A stretch of DNA of 64,000 nucleotides from Callorhinchus milii (GCF_018977255.1 NW_024704742.1:31436001-31500000); one strand, 5' to 3'. Shown: positions 13,844-26,324, counted from the first letter of the stretch. Notes: generated by a model not told the origin, from the sequence alone. Translations and numbers: made by a program.

Positions 13844-14053
13844 CAGTGATGGCCAACATGTGACCCGTGGGCCAGAAGTGGCTCGTGGGATTGTCAAGAA
13901 CCGCACCCCCCACCCCACCGAATATTTGCACAAGTTAGTGTGTTTTCAGTTTTTCTCTTGATTGAATATTTCTTGACTGATGGCATAAATCAAGAAATAT
14001 TCAATCAAGAAAAATTGTTTTTGTTGACCAACCATAAAGGTTGGCCACCACTT
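13844..14053. mobile_element. hAT (Charlie-like) MITE
   Basis: TIRs CAGTGATGGCCAAC / GTTGGCCACCACTT; flanking 8-mers CTGTATAC and CTCTATGC (6/8 identical); subterminal GACCCGTGGGCC. Confidence 0.75.
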
Positions 14054-15547
14054 CTCTATGCAAACATCCCGTTGTTCAGCACGTCACTTTGGAGGCAGCT
14101 CACCTCCAAGGACACCTCGATTACCTTCTTCCCAACCACTGTCCAAGGAGTATCAAAATTTTTCTCTCTTACTGTAAGTACCTTATTGACAGTGCAACAG
14201 TGTTAAGCTTGGTGATAAAAGCCCGTTCCTTCTTAAGAGGAACCACGTGTAAAAGAGGCCACTAATCTTCAGTCCAGTCAGACTCGTTACGTTCAGCTTG
14301 GTTATTGTGACAACCCACTGCCTCCTTCTGTACTAGATTTTTGGACGGGAAAAAAATTAGTGGATTGGCTAATGACATTTGAGATTGATGTCTATGGTAC
14401 AGCTGGGGGCCATTATCGGGCTCAGTCTCACACATCTGTATATCACTGGTGCAGTTAATGCACCGGCTGCTCTGGGGACACAGTACTTTTGTCACCAGCA
14501 ATCTTCATACAGAACAATAAGTGTGTGGAGAGATGGGGTGGGGGGGTGTTGGGTGTTGCATTGGGGGTGGGGAGGATAAAACATTACTCAGTGCACATGA
14601 AGTCTATAGTTATGATGCCGCCAGCTGGAGATTGCATGAGGATTTATAGCCTGCGTTTTCCATTTTAATATAGTGCTGAATGCACTTTAGATAAGTTGAT
14701 TTAAACTGATTCCGCATCTGACACTTTGACACTGGAATCAACAGAGAAGGTGTGGATGCACTGCACGTGGGAGAGTAACCGTCTAACTTTACCCTTTTTA
14801 TAGATCATTTACTTTACTATAATTCTCCTCACATGGCAGAAATAGATGTCCCGCGCAGCCAGGAATCAATTGTAAAAAGTGAAATTAGTCATTCTAAATC
14901 ATTTGGTTGTGGTCGAAAGGAGCTCTTCTAAAAATCATTAAACAATCATGTATTCTTATTGATTTATTCAAAATACATTGAAGGAAAGCAGATTAAAAAC
15001 AAGGCAAAAGGAAGCTAATGCAAATTAAATGGATGAAAGATAGGCTAGTGGCTCCCTGGGTAGTTTTTGCACTAATGAGAGGAAAATTATATGTACACCA
15101 TTAAGAGGATAAAAGGGTCTATCAGAGGTCTTTTGCTTGACATATTTATGTATTTAAACTACAGATTTGTGTAGTAAATTAAGATTACTAATAAAACATA
15201 TTATTTATGTTGCCGCGAACATATTCCATAGCAAGAGTGAGTACAAAAGGAACTGTTGCAAATAGGTAATACTTTATCAGGAGATAGTCTGTCTCAACTG
15301 ATAATCTAGGCATCAAACCAGCAGCCTGCAATGCAGAGGACACAATCACATTGATATAAAATGCAGTCACTCCAGCAAACAATGAGCAAATCGGTCTTGG
15401 CTCTGGCCTTCAGACCATTCCATCTGAACTAGACAAAGAAATGGAATAAGACATTAGTATGGGAACTTGTGGTTTCAGAGCCACTCAAAGAGACTGGGGC
15501 AGGAGATATTCTGGAACGATGGGATTAAAATCGACTGAAAGGCTTTC

Positions 15548-15828
15548 TTAATAATCCTTGCATTTGATATGGCGACTTATCACGTCTCTGAGCCATTACT
15601 GAGTGCTTCACATAATATATTTTAAAGTGGATTGACTGTGTAGTATTTGGGTGAAACGAGGCTGTGTCCCACAAACAGTCGTGGATTGAGTGACCACATT
15701 GTTTTCAAAAAAACTTCTGCCAAGCGACTAACAACTGGGTTCTTACTTATTGCTAGGTAAACAGAGGCATAAGGAAACTTGCCTAAGTTTTCACCCCGAG
15801 CGGGCTAACCACTATGCTATGGGACTCC
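15548..15828 (-). mobile_element. SINE family A, long form, internally deleted
   Basis: Tail, then CGACTAACAACTGGGTTCTTACTTATTGCTAGGTAAACAGAG module, then head remnant CTAACCACTATGCTATGGGACTCC. Confidence 0.8.
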
Positions 15829-16249
15829 TTCTCCTTCTTCATCCCAATCCTCTCTTGCGATCAAATACCTCACGCATTGGCATCCGGGTTGTGATTCTGG
15901 CCTGATGGAGGACACTCTACTACTGAATACCAAACTTACTGAGCTGTAGTCTTAAAACTAACTATGGAATGGATAAGAGCATTGCGTTGGTTGAGTAGAT
16001 GGAACTGAACTGACATTAGGAATTATGGTCACGGACGAGAATGAGAATGCACGTGTGATGAGACTAATAATGTAAATAACAGTGCTGACTTCCACATCCT
16101 GCTAATGCTGCTTTAATCCTGCCAGACAACAAAGCAGAAAACATCATTCACACCCTTTGTTGTATTTGCAAGCATCTCTGTTTCTTCACCAAAGCTGAGC
16201 CCACTCTTGCCACCTCCATCATGGAAAATCTGTGCCAGAACTCTCATTA

Positions 16250-16585
16250 ATAATAATATTAATAATAATAATAATAATAATCCTTGCATTTGATATAGCG
16301 CTTTTCACGTCGGGAGGACGTCCCAAAGCGCTTCACAGAACACACTGTAAAGTGAATTGACTGTATATTTGTGGGCGAACGCGGCAGCCAATTGTGCACA
16401 GCAATGTCCCACAAACAGTCATGGATTGAAAATGACCAATTTATTATTGTTTTTTTTTGGAGGGATTATTATTAGGCTCTGTGTGGAGTAAGGAAATTTG
16501 CCCAAGGTTTCGCCCTCTGCCTGAAATTGAACTCAGGTCTCTCACTTGCAAAGCGAGTGCTCTAACCACTGAGCTACAGGACTCC
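16250..16585 (-). mobile_element. SINE family A, full-length short form (young)
   Basis: Intact tRNA-Ala-like head (TTTGCAA loop, GAGTTCAATTTC B box), long (ATT)n tail, retained CpGs. Confidence 0.93.
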
Positions 16586-16709
16586 ACCGTAGACGAGTGG
16601 AACTTAATCACAAACTGGAGGGCCCATGAGATAACAGAAGACTCTATGACAATTGACCTGCTCTTAATGACTTGCACCAGTGGACCAACTGCAGTGTTTT
16701 TTTTTGAAG

Positions 16710-16932
16710 GGATTATTACCCCCATGCTTTCAGAAACTCTGGAACGCTTACCCCCAATCTCTCTGCCTTGCCCCCTCTTTTCTCATCTTCAAGTTGCTCT
16801 TAAAAACCTTCCTCTTCGACCATGCCTACAGTCAAACCCACCCTACCCTCGGCATCAGGCTTCGCCGCTGTCAAACACACAAAATGCTACCCTGCGTGAG
16901 GGACGCTATCTAAATCCAAGTTGTTATTGTTG
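16710..16932 (+). mobile_element. L2 3' fragment
   Basis: KLWNAYPQSL...FKLLLKTFLFDHAY; ends AAATCCAAG(TTG)n. Confidence 0.8.
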
Positions 16933-17182
16933 TAATATTAACCTGGACACCTTCTGGGTGTGCTCTCCACATGGGATGAAAGAAGGTTTTATAACATTTG
17001 TGGCAATTTTTTAAAATGTAAACCTTTGGATTTTTGAGCACAAAATACTTGTGGCTGAAATATATATTCCAATGAAATTATAAGTTGCTTCAGACAGCAT
17101 TCACAGAAAAACAGGTTTAGTTCCATTGCTGAACTTCTTGTCTTAAAAAATCTTTACTTCCACTAGGACCTCTTCATACATT

Positions 17183-17345
17183 CATGTGTGCAATTGGGTG
17201 TCGCGTTTCGCCCACAAAATACAGTAAATCCACTTTACAGTGTATTCTGAGAAGAGCTTTGAGACAACTCAATGATGTGATAAGGCGCTATATCAAATCC
17301 AAGGATTACTATTATTATAATAATGATGACCTAAGCCTAGTCTCT
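17183..17345 (+). mobile_element. SINE A/B 3' half
   Basis: GCAATTGG...GTGATAAGGCGCTATATCAAATCCAAGGATTA. Confidence 0.85.
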
Positions 17346-17476
17346 CCAAAACCTCCCAGGCACCCAGTCACCAAGAAGTCCCAGCCTGTCCTCTCACTGT
17401 CCTCTCACATTGCCATAGGTAGGTGGAGAGAATGAAAATTGGATTGCCTATTATGGTAACACCTGGACTCATCTTA

Positions 17477-17685
17477 ATAATAATAATAATCCTTGTATTT
17501 GATATAGCGCTTTTCACGTCAGGAGGACGTCCCAAAGCGCTTCACAGAATATACTGTAAAGTAAATTGACTGTATATTTGTGGGCGAACGCGGCAGCCAA
17601 TTGCGCACAGCAATGTCCCACAAACAGTCGTAGATTGAAAATGACCAATTTATTATTGTTTTTTGTTTTGGAGGGATTATTATTA
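17477..17685 (-). mobile_element. SINE family A, 5'-truncated
   Basis: Nearly identical to 16272-16475. Confidence 0.9.
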
Positions 17686-17939
17686 CTTAGGTGAATGATC
17701 GCTTGGAGAATTCAAAGACATTTTAGTTAAGGTGGTGATAATGTACCGAAGGGAGGATAAGGAAGTTTAATGAGGGATGCTTGACTAAGCTTTTTCACTG
17801 GAAGTCTTATTTTGCCGGGGCCTGTCATGCCACATTGCTGAAGATCAGGACACAGAAGGTCACAGAAGTGAGCCATAACCGTGAAACACCAAAGTTAACT
17901 TGATCAGCCTAAAGCTGGGAAACCTCAAGCATGAGAGCT

Positions 17940-18640
17940 GGTAACCTGGTAATGCAATAGTAGTCTGTTTTTACTGGTTGGTGTGTCCATAATCAAGAGA
18001 CAAAAATATGAGTTAGTGACTAGGTGATCTAAAAGAGAATTTAAGAGGAGATGGTAGTGAGATTCTGGAACTTGCTGCGGTGGTTGAATTAGGCAATGTA
18101 GGCGCATTCAAGAGGAAGCTAAACCTTCACACAATGGAGAGGGGAATAGAGAGGTATAAGAAAGAATAAAGAGTGGGTGAAAATCCGTGTTGAGTATAAA
18201 CACGGGCACAGACTGATTGGTCCGAATAGCCTGTTTCTATGCTGTACATTCTTTGTAACTCTTTGTAAAGGTGGAATTTTGCAGCACTTACAAAAGGTTT
18301 TGATCGGGTAAATATATATAGAGAGAGAAAAACTATTACCACTCATTGGTGAGTCAATAACACAGTGACATGAATGGAGGATTATCACCAGGGGAAAGAG
18401 GCAAAGGTTAAAATAAATCTTGTCACACAGACTGTTGTTAGATTGCATAATGGTTCAGAGAAAATGGCTGTGGAAGCTGAGTCCATTACATCGCTTAATT
18501 GGAAATTTGATAAATATTTAGGGAAAATAATACTGAAGGATTATGGGGAACAAGTATGCAAATGGGATTAGAATGAATAAAAGATACAAATGTGCCAAAT
18601 GTCCTCCTTCATTGCTGAAACCTTTCTATGACTCTATGAC
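17940..18640 (+). mobile_element. Two degenerate CR1 3' fragments
   Basis: TGGTCCGAATAGCCTGTTTCTATGCTGT end; AVEAESITSLNWKFDKYL frame. Confidence 0.65.
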
Positions 18641-19039
18641 CAACCTATTAACAATTCTCCATCGCCAAACAGAAAGGTGGATGTTCAGAGGGCGAGTGCC
18701 AAAAACAATTGATTTGGCACAGCTCACAAAGATATAGCACTGTGTACCAGACAAGATCAGGGTGTGGGATAAAATAATAGTTTGTGATCATAATTATTGA
18801 AACATCTTGAAAGACAGTAATAATACTGTTATATTATTATTGATGACCTATGCCTCGTCTCTCCATAACCTCTTAGACACCCAAGAGGTCCTAGCCTGTC
18901 CCCTCACTGATACGGGCATAAACACTCTGAGACACAGTCTGGGATGAAGGGTGCTATATAAATGCAAGTTGTTGTTATAATGTTTACCATACTCACAATT
19001 TCTCTCCAGTAATCGGTTCAACAATAATTCCTTCAAATA

Positions 19040-19433
19040 TAGATTTTTTTCCTTAGCCTCTTCCTCTCTTGGAGGCTTTTCCCTCTTACAAAGGTATAGT
19101 TCCTCAGGCAATGGGTTCCCTCTGGTACTTTGGTCATTATTCATGTGTGAGCCTTGACAAGAAGTGTCAGCAGACTATTCGACAAGCTGAGACAAATCTG
19201 TCCTTACTCATACATCCACATGTCCACACCTTCTAGCAGAAATCAATAAATAAGAGCATGAGTGGAAAGCCTGGCTATTTTTTCACTCCCTGCTCCAAGG
19301 TTGTTGAAACAAAGGTTGTCCCACCTTCTGCCCAATTGAGATTAGGTAGCTCAACTCAGACCTGGATTTGAACTTGCGCCCTTCTGGTCCATATTTCTGG
19401 GTCATGCTTTTACTAACTGGATCAGCAGGGGAG
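19040..19433 (-). mobile_element. Old tRNA-like SINE family C
   Basis: Minus-strand head with GTTCAAATCC B box; TATTCATGTGTGAGCCTTGAC..TGTCAGCAGACTATTC core shared with the 27715 and 49570 copies (and more weakly ~5830). Confidence 0.6.
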
Positions 19434-19569
19434 CGTGTAGGTTTCATAGAAATAATACCTTGGTTGCATACACTGACTCATGTTAAACGTTTTTTCCAAT
19501 CAGAAATGAGGCTAGATCTGGGTTTGCGCGAGTCCCTGTGGTTCACACATGGAGTTCCCTGCACGAGGC

Positions 19570-19905
19570 AATTTTCACAAGATAAGAGTGGTTCGGATGA
19601 AGAAGGTCCTGTGGTCCATTTAATCTCATCATTCCAGAAAACTCACTCTACTATCCTCTCATTACAGCATCAGGCTACTTTTTGACTAAGTCCAGTGTCC
19701 TAGCCTCAAACACCTTTCCTGGTAACCTGTTCCAGATGTTAATTACACTCTGGTAAATATTTCCTGGTGTTGAACATGAGATTGCCCTTTGCAACCCTGA
19801 AGTTGCGTCCTCTTGTTCTTGAAAGGGTTGCTGTGCTGATTTTTTCATTCCCAGTTAAAGCTTCATATTCAGTAAACTCCTGAAAACTCATCATTCCAAG
19901 GGAAA
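19570..19905 (-). mobile_element. Degenerate CR1 3' fragment
   Basis: TTTCCTGGTAACCTGTTCCAGATGTTAATTACACTCTG resembles antisense RVINxWNxLP. Confidence 0.55.
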
Positions 19906-19985
19906 GAGTGCTCAGCGATTAGTTATTCAGGGTGGCTAGTTAGGCATAGGTCCTTCCCGGTCCATGGGGGGGTGGGGGGTTGTTG

Positions 19986-20210
19986 TGACTGGTGAAGGCA
20001 CTCGACAGAGGTTAGGCACCCATGTTCAGATACATCGCAGAGGCCTCTGGTCTATTGGAGGGCTACATTGTGGCCTCCCGCCCTATCCTATCATAGAATA
20101 GGGTGAGAGGCGCGGGGGGAGGCCATGGTGCAGCACTCCAATAAATCCAAGACCTCTGCAATGCTTCTGAGCATGTGCACCCAACCTTCGCTGAACACCC
20201 GCACTAGTCA
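19986..20210. mobile_element. Long foldback (palindromic) element
   Basis: Arms 20009-20079 and 20117-20187 are 53/71 identical as ungapped inverted repeats; palindromic core CCCTATCCTATCATAGAATAGGG. Confidence 0.8.
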
Positions 20211-20444
20211 AAGGGTATGGCAGGAGGCTTCGGCGATGCAAGATGCCATCTTATAGGATGAGTTATCCTAAGTAATTATTTCCAAGAATTTCTAGAATGC
20301 GATTAGTTACATGTTAAGCGGAGTGACAAGTAAAGCGGTCCTTGGTTAACGTTTTGCATTGGAAGCGGCTGGGATTGTGACAGCATGACTACTTAAGTGA
20401 TAGTGACAAGTTAAGCCAGGGTCTTGCTATTAGGAATTTACCTC

Positions 20445-20647
20445 CATAGGATAATCTCTGAGACTTCTCTTTTCAATTCTAAAGAGCCCTAGCTTGTCTG
20501 ATCGCTGCTCATAGCTCATTCCTTTAATACTGGGGATCATCCTCATTGCTCTTCTTTGCATTATCTCTAGGATCTGAGCAGCCCTTATGTTGCAGTGTCC
20601 AGAAGTGCATGCAGTACTCTAAGTGAGGCCTGACCAGAGTACTTTAC
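20445..20647 (-). mobile_element. CR1 ORF2 fragment
   Basis: Antisense reads LVRPHLEYCMHFWT. Confidence 0.75.
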
Positions 20648-22186
20648 AACAATAACAACAACAACAAAATTACATTTGTTGGGACATGCTCCCGACGTGC
20701 CTTGGTACATCAGGAGGACGTCCCAAGGCACTGGACAGTCAGTATTTTGGACCCAAGCCGGGGGTCGGAGTTGGGGAGTGTGGCGGGCAGGGGGGGATGC
20801 AGAGGGATCAAAAGCATGGTGGAAGAGGAGGGTCTTGAGATGGGTCTTGAAGGAAGCAAGGGAGGGGGCAAGACAGAGGGACTATGGCATGGAGTTCCAG
20901 AGAGTGGGGGCAGAGTGGCAGAAGATCCGTTGGCCAATGGTGGGGCAGGCGAGGCAGGGGATGTGATGCCTACTGAGCGGAGGGAGCGGGCAGGATGGTA
21001 GGAGGTTAGGAGGTTGCAGAGGTAGGAGGGAAACAAGGCCATGGAGGACTTTGAAGGTGAGGACCAAGATCTTGAACTGTATCCTCTGTGTGATGGGAAG
21101 CCAGTGGACTCGGGCGAAGATGGGGGTGATAGGGTCGCGGAGCCTAGTCGGGAGAGGACACGTGCTGCAGAATTCTGGATGATCTGCAGCCTATGGAGGG
21201 AGGAGTTGGGGAGGCTGACAAGCAAGTCAAGTTTGCATAGTCAAGCCTGGATGTTATGAATGCGTGTATGAGGGTCTCGGCGGCCTGCGGTGTGAGACAG
21301 TGGTGGAGCTGGGTGATGTTGCTGTGGTGCGGGAAGGCAGAGCAGGTCATGGCACGGATGTGGGGTAGAAAGGATAGTTAAAGGTCAAACAAGACGCCAA
21401 GGTTCTGGACTGGCTTAGCAAGGTGGAATGTGCATCCATGGATGGCGATGCTGTCAGCACCTGAGGTGTGGAGGTGCTGATGGGAGCCAATCAGGAGGGC
21501 CTCGGTCTTGTTGACATTCAACTGAAGAAAGTTAGCTCTCATCCAGGAATTGATGTCTGACAGACATCTTGTCAGGACAGCAGTGGTCCCGGAGTCAAGG
21601 GTAGAGGCAGAGAGGTACAGTTGGGTGTCCTCCGCATACATGTGGAAGTGGTGTCACCAAGAGGGAGCATATAGATATTGAAGAGGAAGGGTCCAAGGAC
21701 AGAGCCCTGAGGAATGCCACACGAGACGGTGCGGAGGTTAGTGGAGAAACTGTTTGCGGAGGTGAAGTGGAGGCTGTGTGAGAGGTACGATCTGAACCAT
21801 TCAAGAACAGAACCGTGAAGTTTGAGGTGAGAGGAGAGCCGGTGGATGAGGATAGAGTGGTCAACGGTGTCAAAGGCAGCAAAGAGGTCAAGGAGAATGA
21901 GGAGGCAGAGGGAGCCCTGGTCGCAGATGGACCGAATATCATTTGTCATTTTTACCAGAGCTGCTTCTGTGCTGTGGGCAGCACGGAAACCCGATGAAAG
22001 GGTTCATGAAGGGAGTGGCGGGAGAGGAAGAAGCAAAGCTGGGAAGCAACAACTCGTTCTAAGACCTTGGAAAGGAAAGGGAGGTTGGAGATGGGGTGGT
22101 AGTTTGAGGAGCAGGAATGGGTCCAGAGATGTTTTTTTTAGGATAGGAGTGATGACAGACGTTTTTAAAAGGGTGGGAATGGTACC
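20648..22186 (-). mobile_element. L2 LINE, 5'-truncated, RT pseudogene (3' part of an interrupted host element)
   Basis: LILLDLFAAFDTVDHSIL, GIPQGSVLGPFLFNIYM, YAEDTQLY, FLQLNVNKTE, RLQIIQNSAAR; (CAA)n tail; frameshifts. Confidence 0.95.
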
Positions 22187-22969
22187 AACAACAACAACAA
22201 CTTGGTTTTATATAGCGCCCTCCACGCCGGACGGCGTCTCAGAGCACTTTACAGTAACGGATCCCGGCGCCGAGCCAAGGGGAGGGGGAGGAAGGTGATC
22301 AAAGCTGCGGTCGAAGAGAAAGATCTTCAGCCAAGACCTGGAAATAGGAAGAGAGGGAGCGAGGTGAAGGGAGTGAGGAAGGGAATTCCAGAGCCTCGGG
22401 GTATAGTGGCTGAAGGCATAGCCATCGAGGGTGGAGCGGAGGACTCGGGGGATGAGGAGGAGGCCAGACCCGGAGGAACGAAGGCAACGGGTACTGTTTT
22501 GAGGAGGGAGGAGGTCAGAGAGGTAGGGGGTGCAGAGGAGTGGAGGGATTTGAAGACAAGGGTGAGGATCTTGAAGTCGATCCCCTCTGGGACAGACAGC
22601 CAGTGCAGTCTGGCAAGAACTGGGGTGATTGGGGAGCAGAGTTTGGTGCTGGTAAAATGCGGGCGGCAGAGTTTTGAATGATCTGGATTTTATGGATGGT
22701 AGTGGAGGGGTGACCAGACGAGAGGTGACAAAGTCATGGACCAGGGTTTCAGCGGCTTTTGGAGAGAGGTATTGGCGGAGGCGGGCAATGCGTCGGAGGT
22801 GGAAGAAGGCGGTGCTGGTGAGGGACCGGATGTGGGGGAGGAAGGATAATTGGGGGTCGAACCTGACGTCTAGGTTGCGTACGGGTTTGGAGACTTTGAG
22901 GGTGAGGTCGGGTAGGTGGAGGAGGTGAGAGCCGTGAGATTTTAGACATTGATGAGAGCCAAAGAGTAT
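22187..22969 (-). mobile_element. Second-subfamily L2, 5'-truncated, nested in the first L2
   Basis: Own (CAA)n tail at 22187; VRNLDVRFDPQLSFLPHI...AFFHLRRIARLRQYL...LWNSLP. Confidence 0.9.
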
Positions 22970-23076
22970 GAACAGGGAGAGGTTTATGATGTCTGTGAGT
23001 AGAGAGGCAAGGAGGTAGAGCTGGACGGTAAGGAGGGGGATAGGGATTGGGTCGAGGGAGCAGGTGGTCGGTTTCA
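22970..23076 (-). mobile_element. 5' part of the host L2
   Basis: KPTTCSLDPIP...LTDIINLSL joins GTIPTLLKTSVITPILKK, which resumes at 22186. Confidence 0.8.
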
Positions 23077-23369
23077 CTTTACAGTCTGAGTATGACTTCT
23101 GGAAATCTGAACTTCATTGGTTTGGCAATAAAGCCCTGCACCTTGTGGTTATTACTGCCTCACACTGTTTTAACATGGTGAGTGAAGAGTCAACTAAAAA
23201 CCCTCCCCCTCCCCAGCAGATTTATTTCAGCTTCCTCTAGCATTTTATTGAATCTCACACCATTCACTCTGTGTTTTTTTTCTCTTCAAGCACTTGTTAA
23301 ACCTGCATGTCAATGAAAAGTGGACAATTACATTTTCAAGGCAATACTTATCTGGGGTTCAATTTCATA

Positions 23370-23710
23370 ACACAATACAAAATTACATTTGTATAGCGCT
23401 TTTCACTTTCGGAGGATGTCCGAAGGCGCTAGACAGTCAGGGATTTGGACCCGAGCTAGGGGTCGGGATCAGGGAAAGTGGAGAGCAGGAGGGTTGAAGG
23501 AGTGGCCAAAAGCTCTGTCGAAGAGGAGGGTTTTAAGACACGCCTTGAAGGAAGCAAGTGAGGGAGTGAGGCAAAGGGAATTTGGGATGGAGCTCCATAG
23601 AGTGGCGGCAGAAAGGCTGAAGGCCAGGCTGCCGATGGTGGAGCGGGCCGGGTAGAGGACGTGGTGAATGCCAGAGCCTGCTGAGCAGAGGGAGCGGACA
23701 GGTTGATATG
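23370..23710 (-). mobile_element. L2 3' fragment
   Basis: AFSLSAATLWSSIPNSL...FKACLKTLLFDRAF. Confidence 0.9.
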
Positions 23711-24124
23711 TAGCACACTCACCAATTGTAGCGAAAGTTGGTTCTAGGACCAACTTGTTCAGCTAGCATTAATTTGCTGTGAATTAAATGAAATTGTTTT
23801 TAGCATGACAATATCATCATAACATTATCACCAGGCTGAGAGCAGCATTCTTTGCGACATTTTGCTGGTTTACGATCCGAATCCATATGGACTGATCAAA
23901 ACATGCAGGTTCATCTGGTGTCAATGATTGCACAGAATTACTCAGAATCTGTCACCTATTAAATGCAATTTGGTGACGTGTTTTATCAAAGAAACAAATA
24001 TATTTTGAAAAAAATCAAAGAACTAAGTGGCAAGGACAGATTTATTTTGTTCTGACTCTGTGGACCGTAGAAGCTGCTTATGAGTAAACCTATTGGCAGC
24101 TCTGCTTACTGCTATGGTTGTGAA

Positions 24125-24275
24125 AATAATCCTTGCATTTGATGTAGCGTTTTTCATGTCGGGAGGACATCTCAAAGCACTTCACAGGATACGCCGTAAA
24201 GTGTATCGACCGAATTTTGTAGGTGAATGCGGCAGCCAATTTGTGTACAGCAATGTCCCACAAATGGTTATGAAG
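24125..24275 (-). mobile_element. SINE 3' fragment
   Basis: ATAATCCTTGCATTTG...GCGGCAGCCAATT...CAATGTCCCACAAA. Confidence 0.8.
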
Positions 24276-24659
24276 TAATATTGTTCAACGCTTTTAGGGT
24301 TGCAAGCAAAAAAATGAAGAACAAGTGTTGCTTAATACAGTACATTGTTGATCCTGGTTTGCAATTTTATTTACATCAAATTACATTTGAAAGTTGCTTT
24401 AAACAAAACTGGGCAAAGCATAATATCAAATTGCAGGTTGAAATTTAGCAATAAGTTGTGTGGTAAAATACAGGACAGGGCAATATAGAGAGATATCAAT
24501 GCAACAGAACGTGGATTGATACGTGTAGGCTTGCGGCACGATTTTTATTCTCATTGTTTGGAGAAGTGGAGAGCAATCTGACTGTTCCCACATCTATGCG
24601 ATGGGTATTACAGAGGGGAATGCAAAGATATAAATGCTTCTATTCAAGGTCCTGCTGCA

Positions 24660-24845
24660 AGGTGTTTGGAACTATCTGCCTCAATCCCTTCGCCTTGCCC
24701 CCTCTTTGTCCATCTTCAGTTTCCACCTGAAGCCCTTCCTCTTTGACATTGCCTACGGTCACCTCTCCTATCACCTCGGCTTGGCATCAAGCTCTGCCAC
24801 TGCTAAGCAATCTGAAATGGTACCCCACATGGAAATGGTACCCCC
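24660..24845 (+). mobile_element. L2 3' fragment
   Basis: WNYLPQSLRLAPSLSIF...LKPFLFDIAY. Confidence 0.8.
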
Positions 24846-25071
24846 CTAAATCTAGTATGCATAATCAGAATTAGAGTAGATAGTTCTTATACCCATCACA
24901 ACAATGCACCTCATGGTCTTTAAATAAAGTTCGAACCCTTACAGTCAATAGACTTCAGTAAGACTTATCGTGACAGTCTGTTAAGCTGGATGCTTAGTAA
25001 GTAGTATATTAATAATAAAAATGGACCAGTTCTATATTTTTGGTATTTAATATTGATCTGTTTATTGACAT

Positions 25072-25132
25072 CACACACACATGCATGCACATGCATGCAC
25101 GCACACGCACACACACGTGCATATACACACAC
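25072..25132 (+). repeat. (CA)-rich microsatellite
   Basis: Alternating purine-pyrimidine tract. Confidence 0.9.
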
Positions 25133-26324
25133 AGTGTTAAATATGCTAACATACATTGCAAGATGCTGTTACCATTATGCTCACACACTGTACATCATAA
25201 CTGCTACTGTGCACTCAATTGACATTCAGTCAGGTCATCACAGAATTTCTGTGGCACTAATACCTGCATGCCAAAAAGCCTTGAAAAAATAAATAGGAAT
25301 CATGCGGTTATATAATAATTATGGCAAATCTTACCATTAATTATGGAAATTATTTAATACCTCAATCAATAATCATTGAACCTTGCTAAGCCGTGTTTCT
25401 CAAAGACTTTTCTATTATCAGTATAGGTGCAATTTTGTTTTCAATTCTACTGTAGAGCAAGTAAGGGCTGACTGCTCTCAAGGATAGATTTGGGGAAAAA
25501 AATTAATCCTTTTTAAACACTGAACCCCCCCCCACACACACACACACTTTTGTAATTCAATTGAAACGCTCATGCTTATGCATATAAAGGGGATTAAACA
25601 GGAGCAGGCTGAACGTGTAACAGAGGTTTGCACTGTTTGCTGGGGTCTTAGGGGATGTTCCATTTCATTCAGTAGTAATGCCCTTTTGTTGACAAAAGTA
25701 AATTGATGACAGTCAAGAGGGAAGCATTTGGTGGAAAAATTCTGCTGACCCTACTCAGATTGAATTTACCACTAAGCAGGATACCAACAGTTGTAGACAT
25801 GATAGATTATTGTAATGACCGGTCGAATGGCCTGTAGTCATGTTTAAATGGCAATAAATTTTACCAGGAAGAGGGCAATTTAACTACTTAAGGGGAGTGG
25901 AGGATCTTTTCTGTTTGAGGTGTAAATAAAATGCGGCTCATTAAGAACACACATATTACATTTGTAGCGCTCTGCTTCGAGTGATGATGTTAATATTTAA
26001 TTTGATTTCTCTGACCTGCCGTGCGGTGATCTGGGTGTATATACAAAAACCCTACAGCCTAGGCACAATTCCTGACAGCAGATGGAAATGAAGCTGGCAG
26101 GTTCATCTTCCCAGTGATGGACACTGATCTGAGGAATAGTAAACAGTCTATCATGACATGTAAATGAAGTAGCCCGTACCAACAACTCACTACTTTTCTT
26201 TTACCATGAATAAATATTAGCTGTTTCTCATAATAAACTTTCTCCATTTTTGTTCTTTCTTTTCGGAGGTGCTTGCTTCTCATGTTCTGGCTCTCGTGGT
26301 GTATTCTTTTCATTAAAAGACAAT

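Noticed and set aside
14062..14250. Possible Penelope RT C-terminal remnant (HLDY..NHCPRSIK)
   Set aside because: Resemblance too weak to call without a profile search.
16510..16585. tRNA-Ala gene (also at 8218, 40348, 46415, 58385)
   Set aside because: Acceptor stem does not close and the sequence runs directly into SINE body and tail; these are SINE heads.
19570..20647. A single CR1 split by the palindromic element
   Set aside because: The two CR1 pieces appear to overlap in consensus position (both include the antisense GLFSLE region), so they are probably independent copies.
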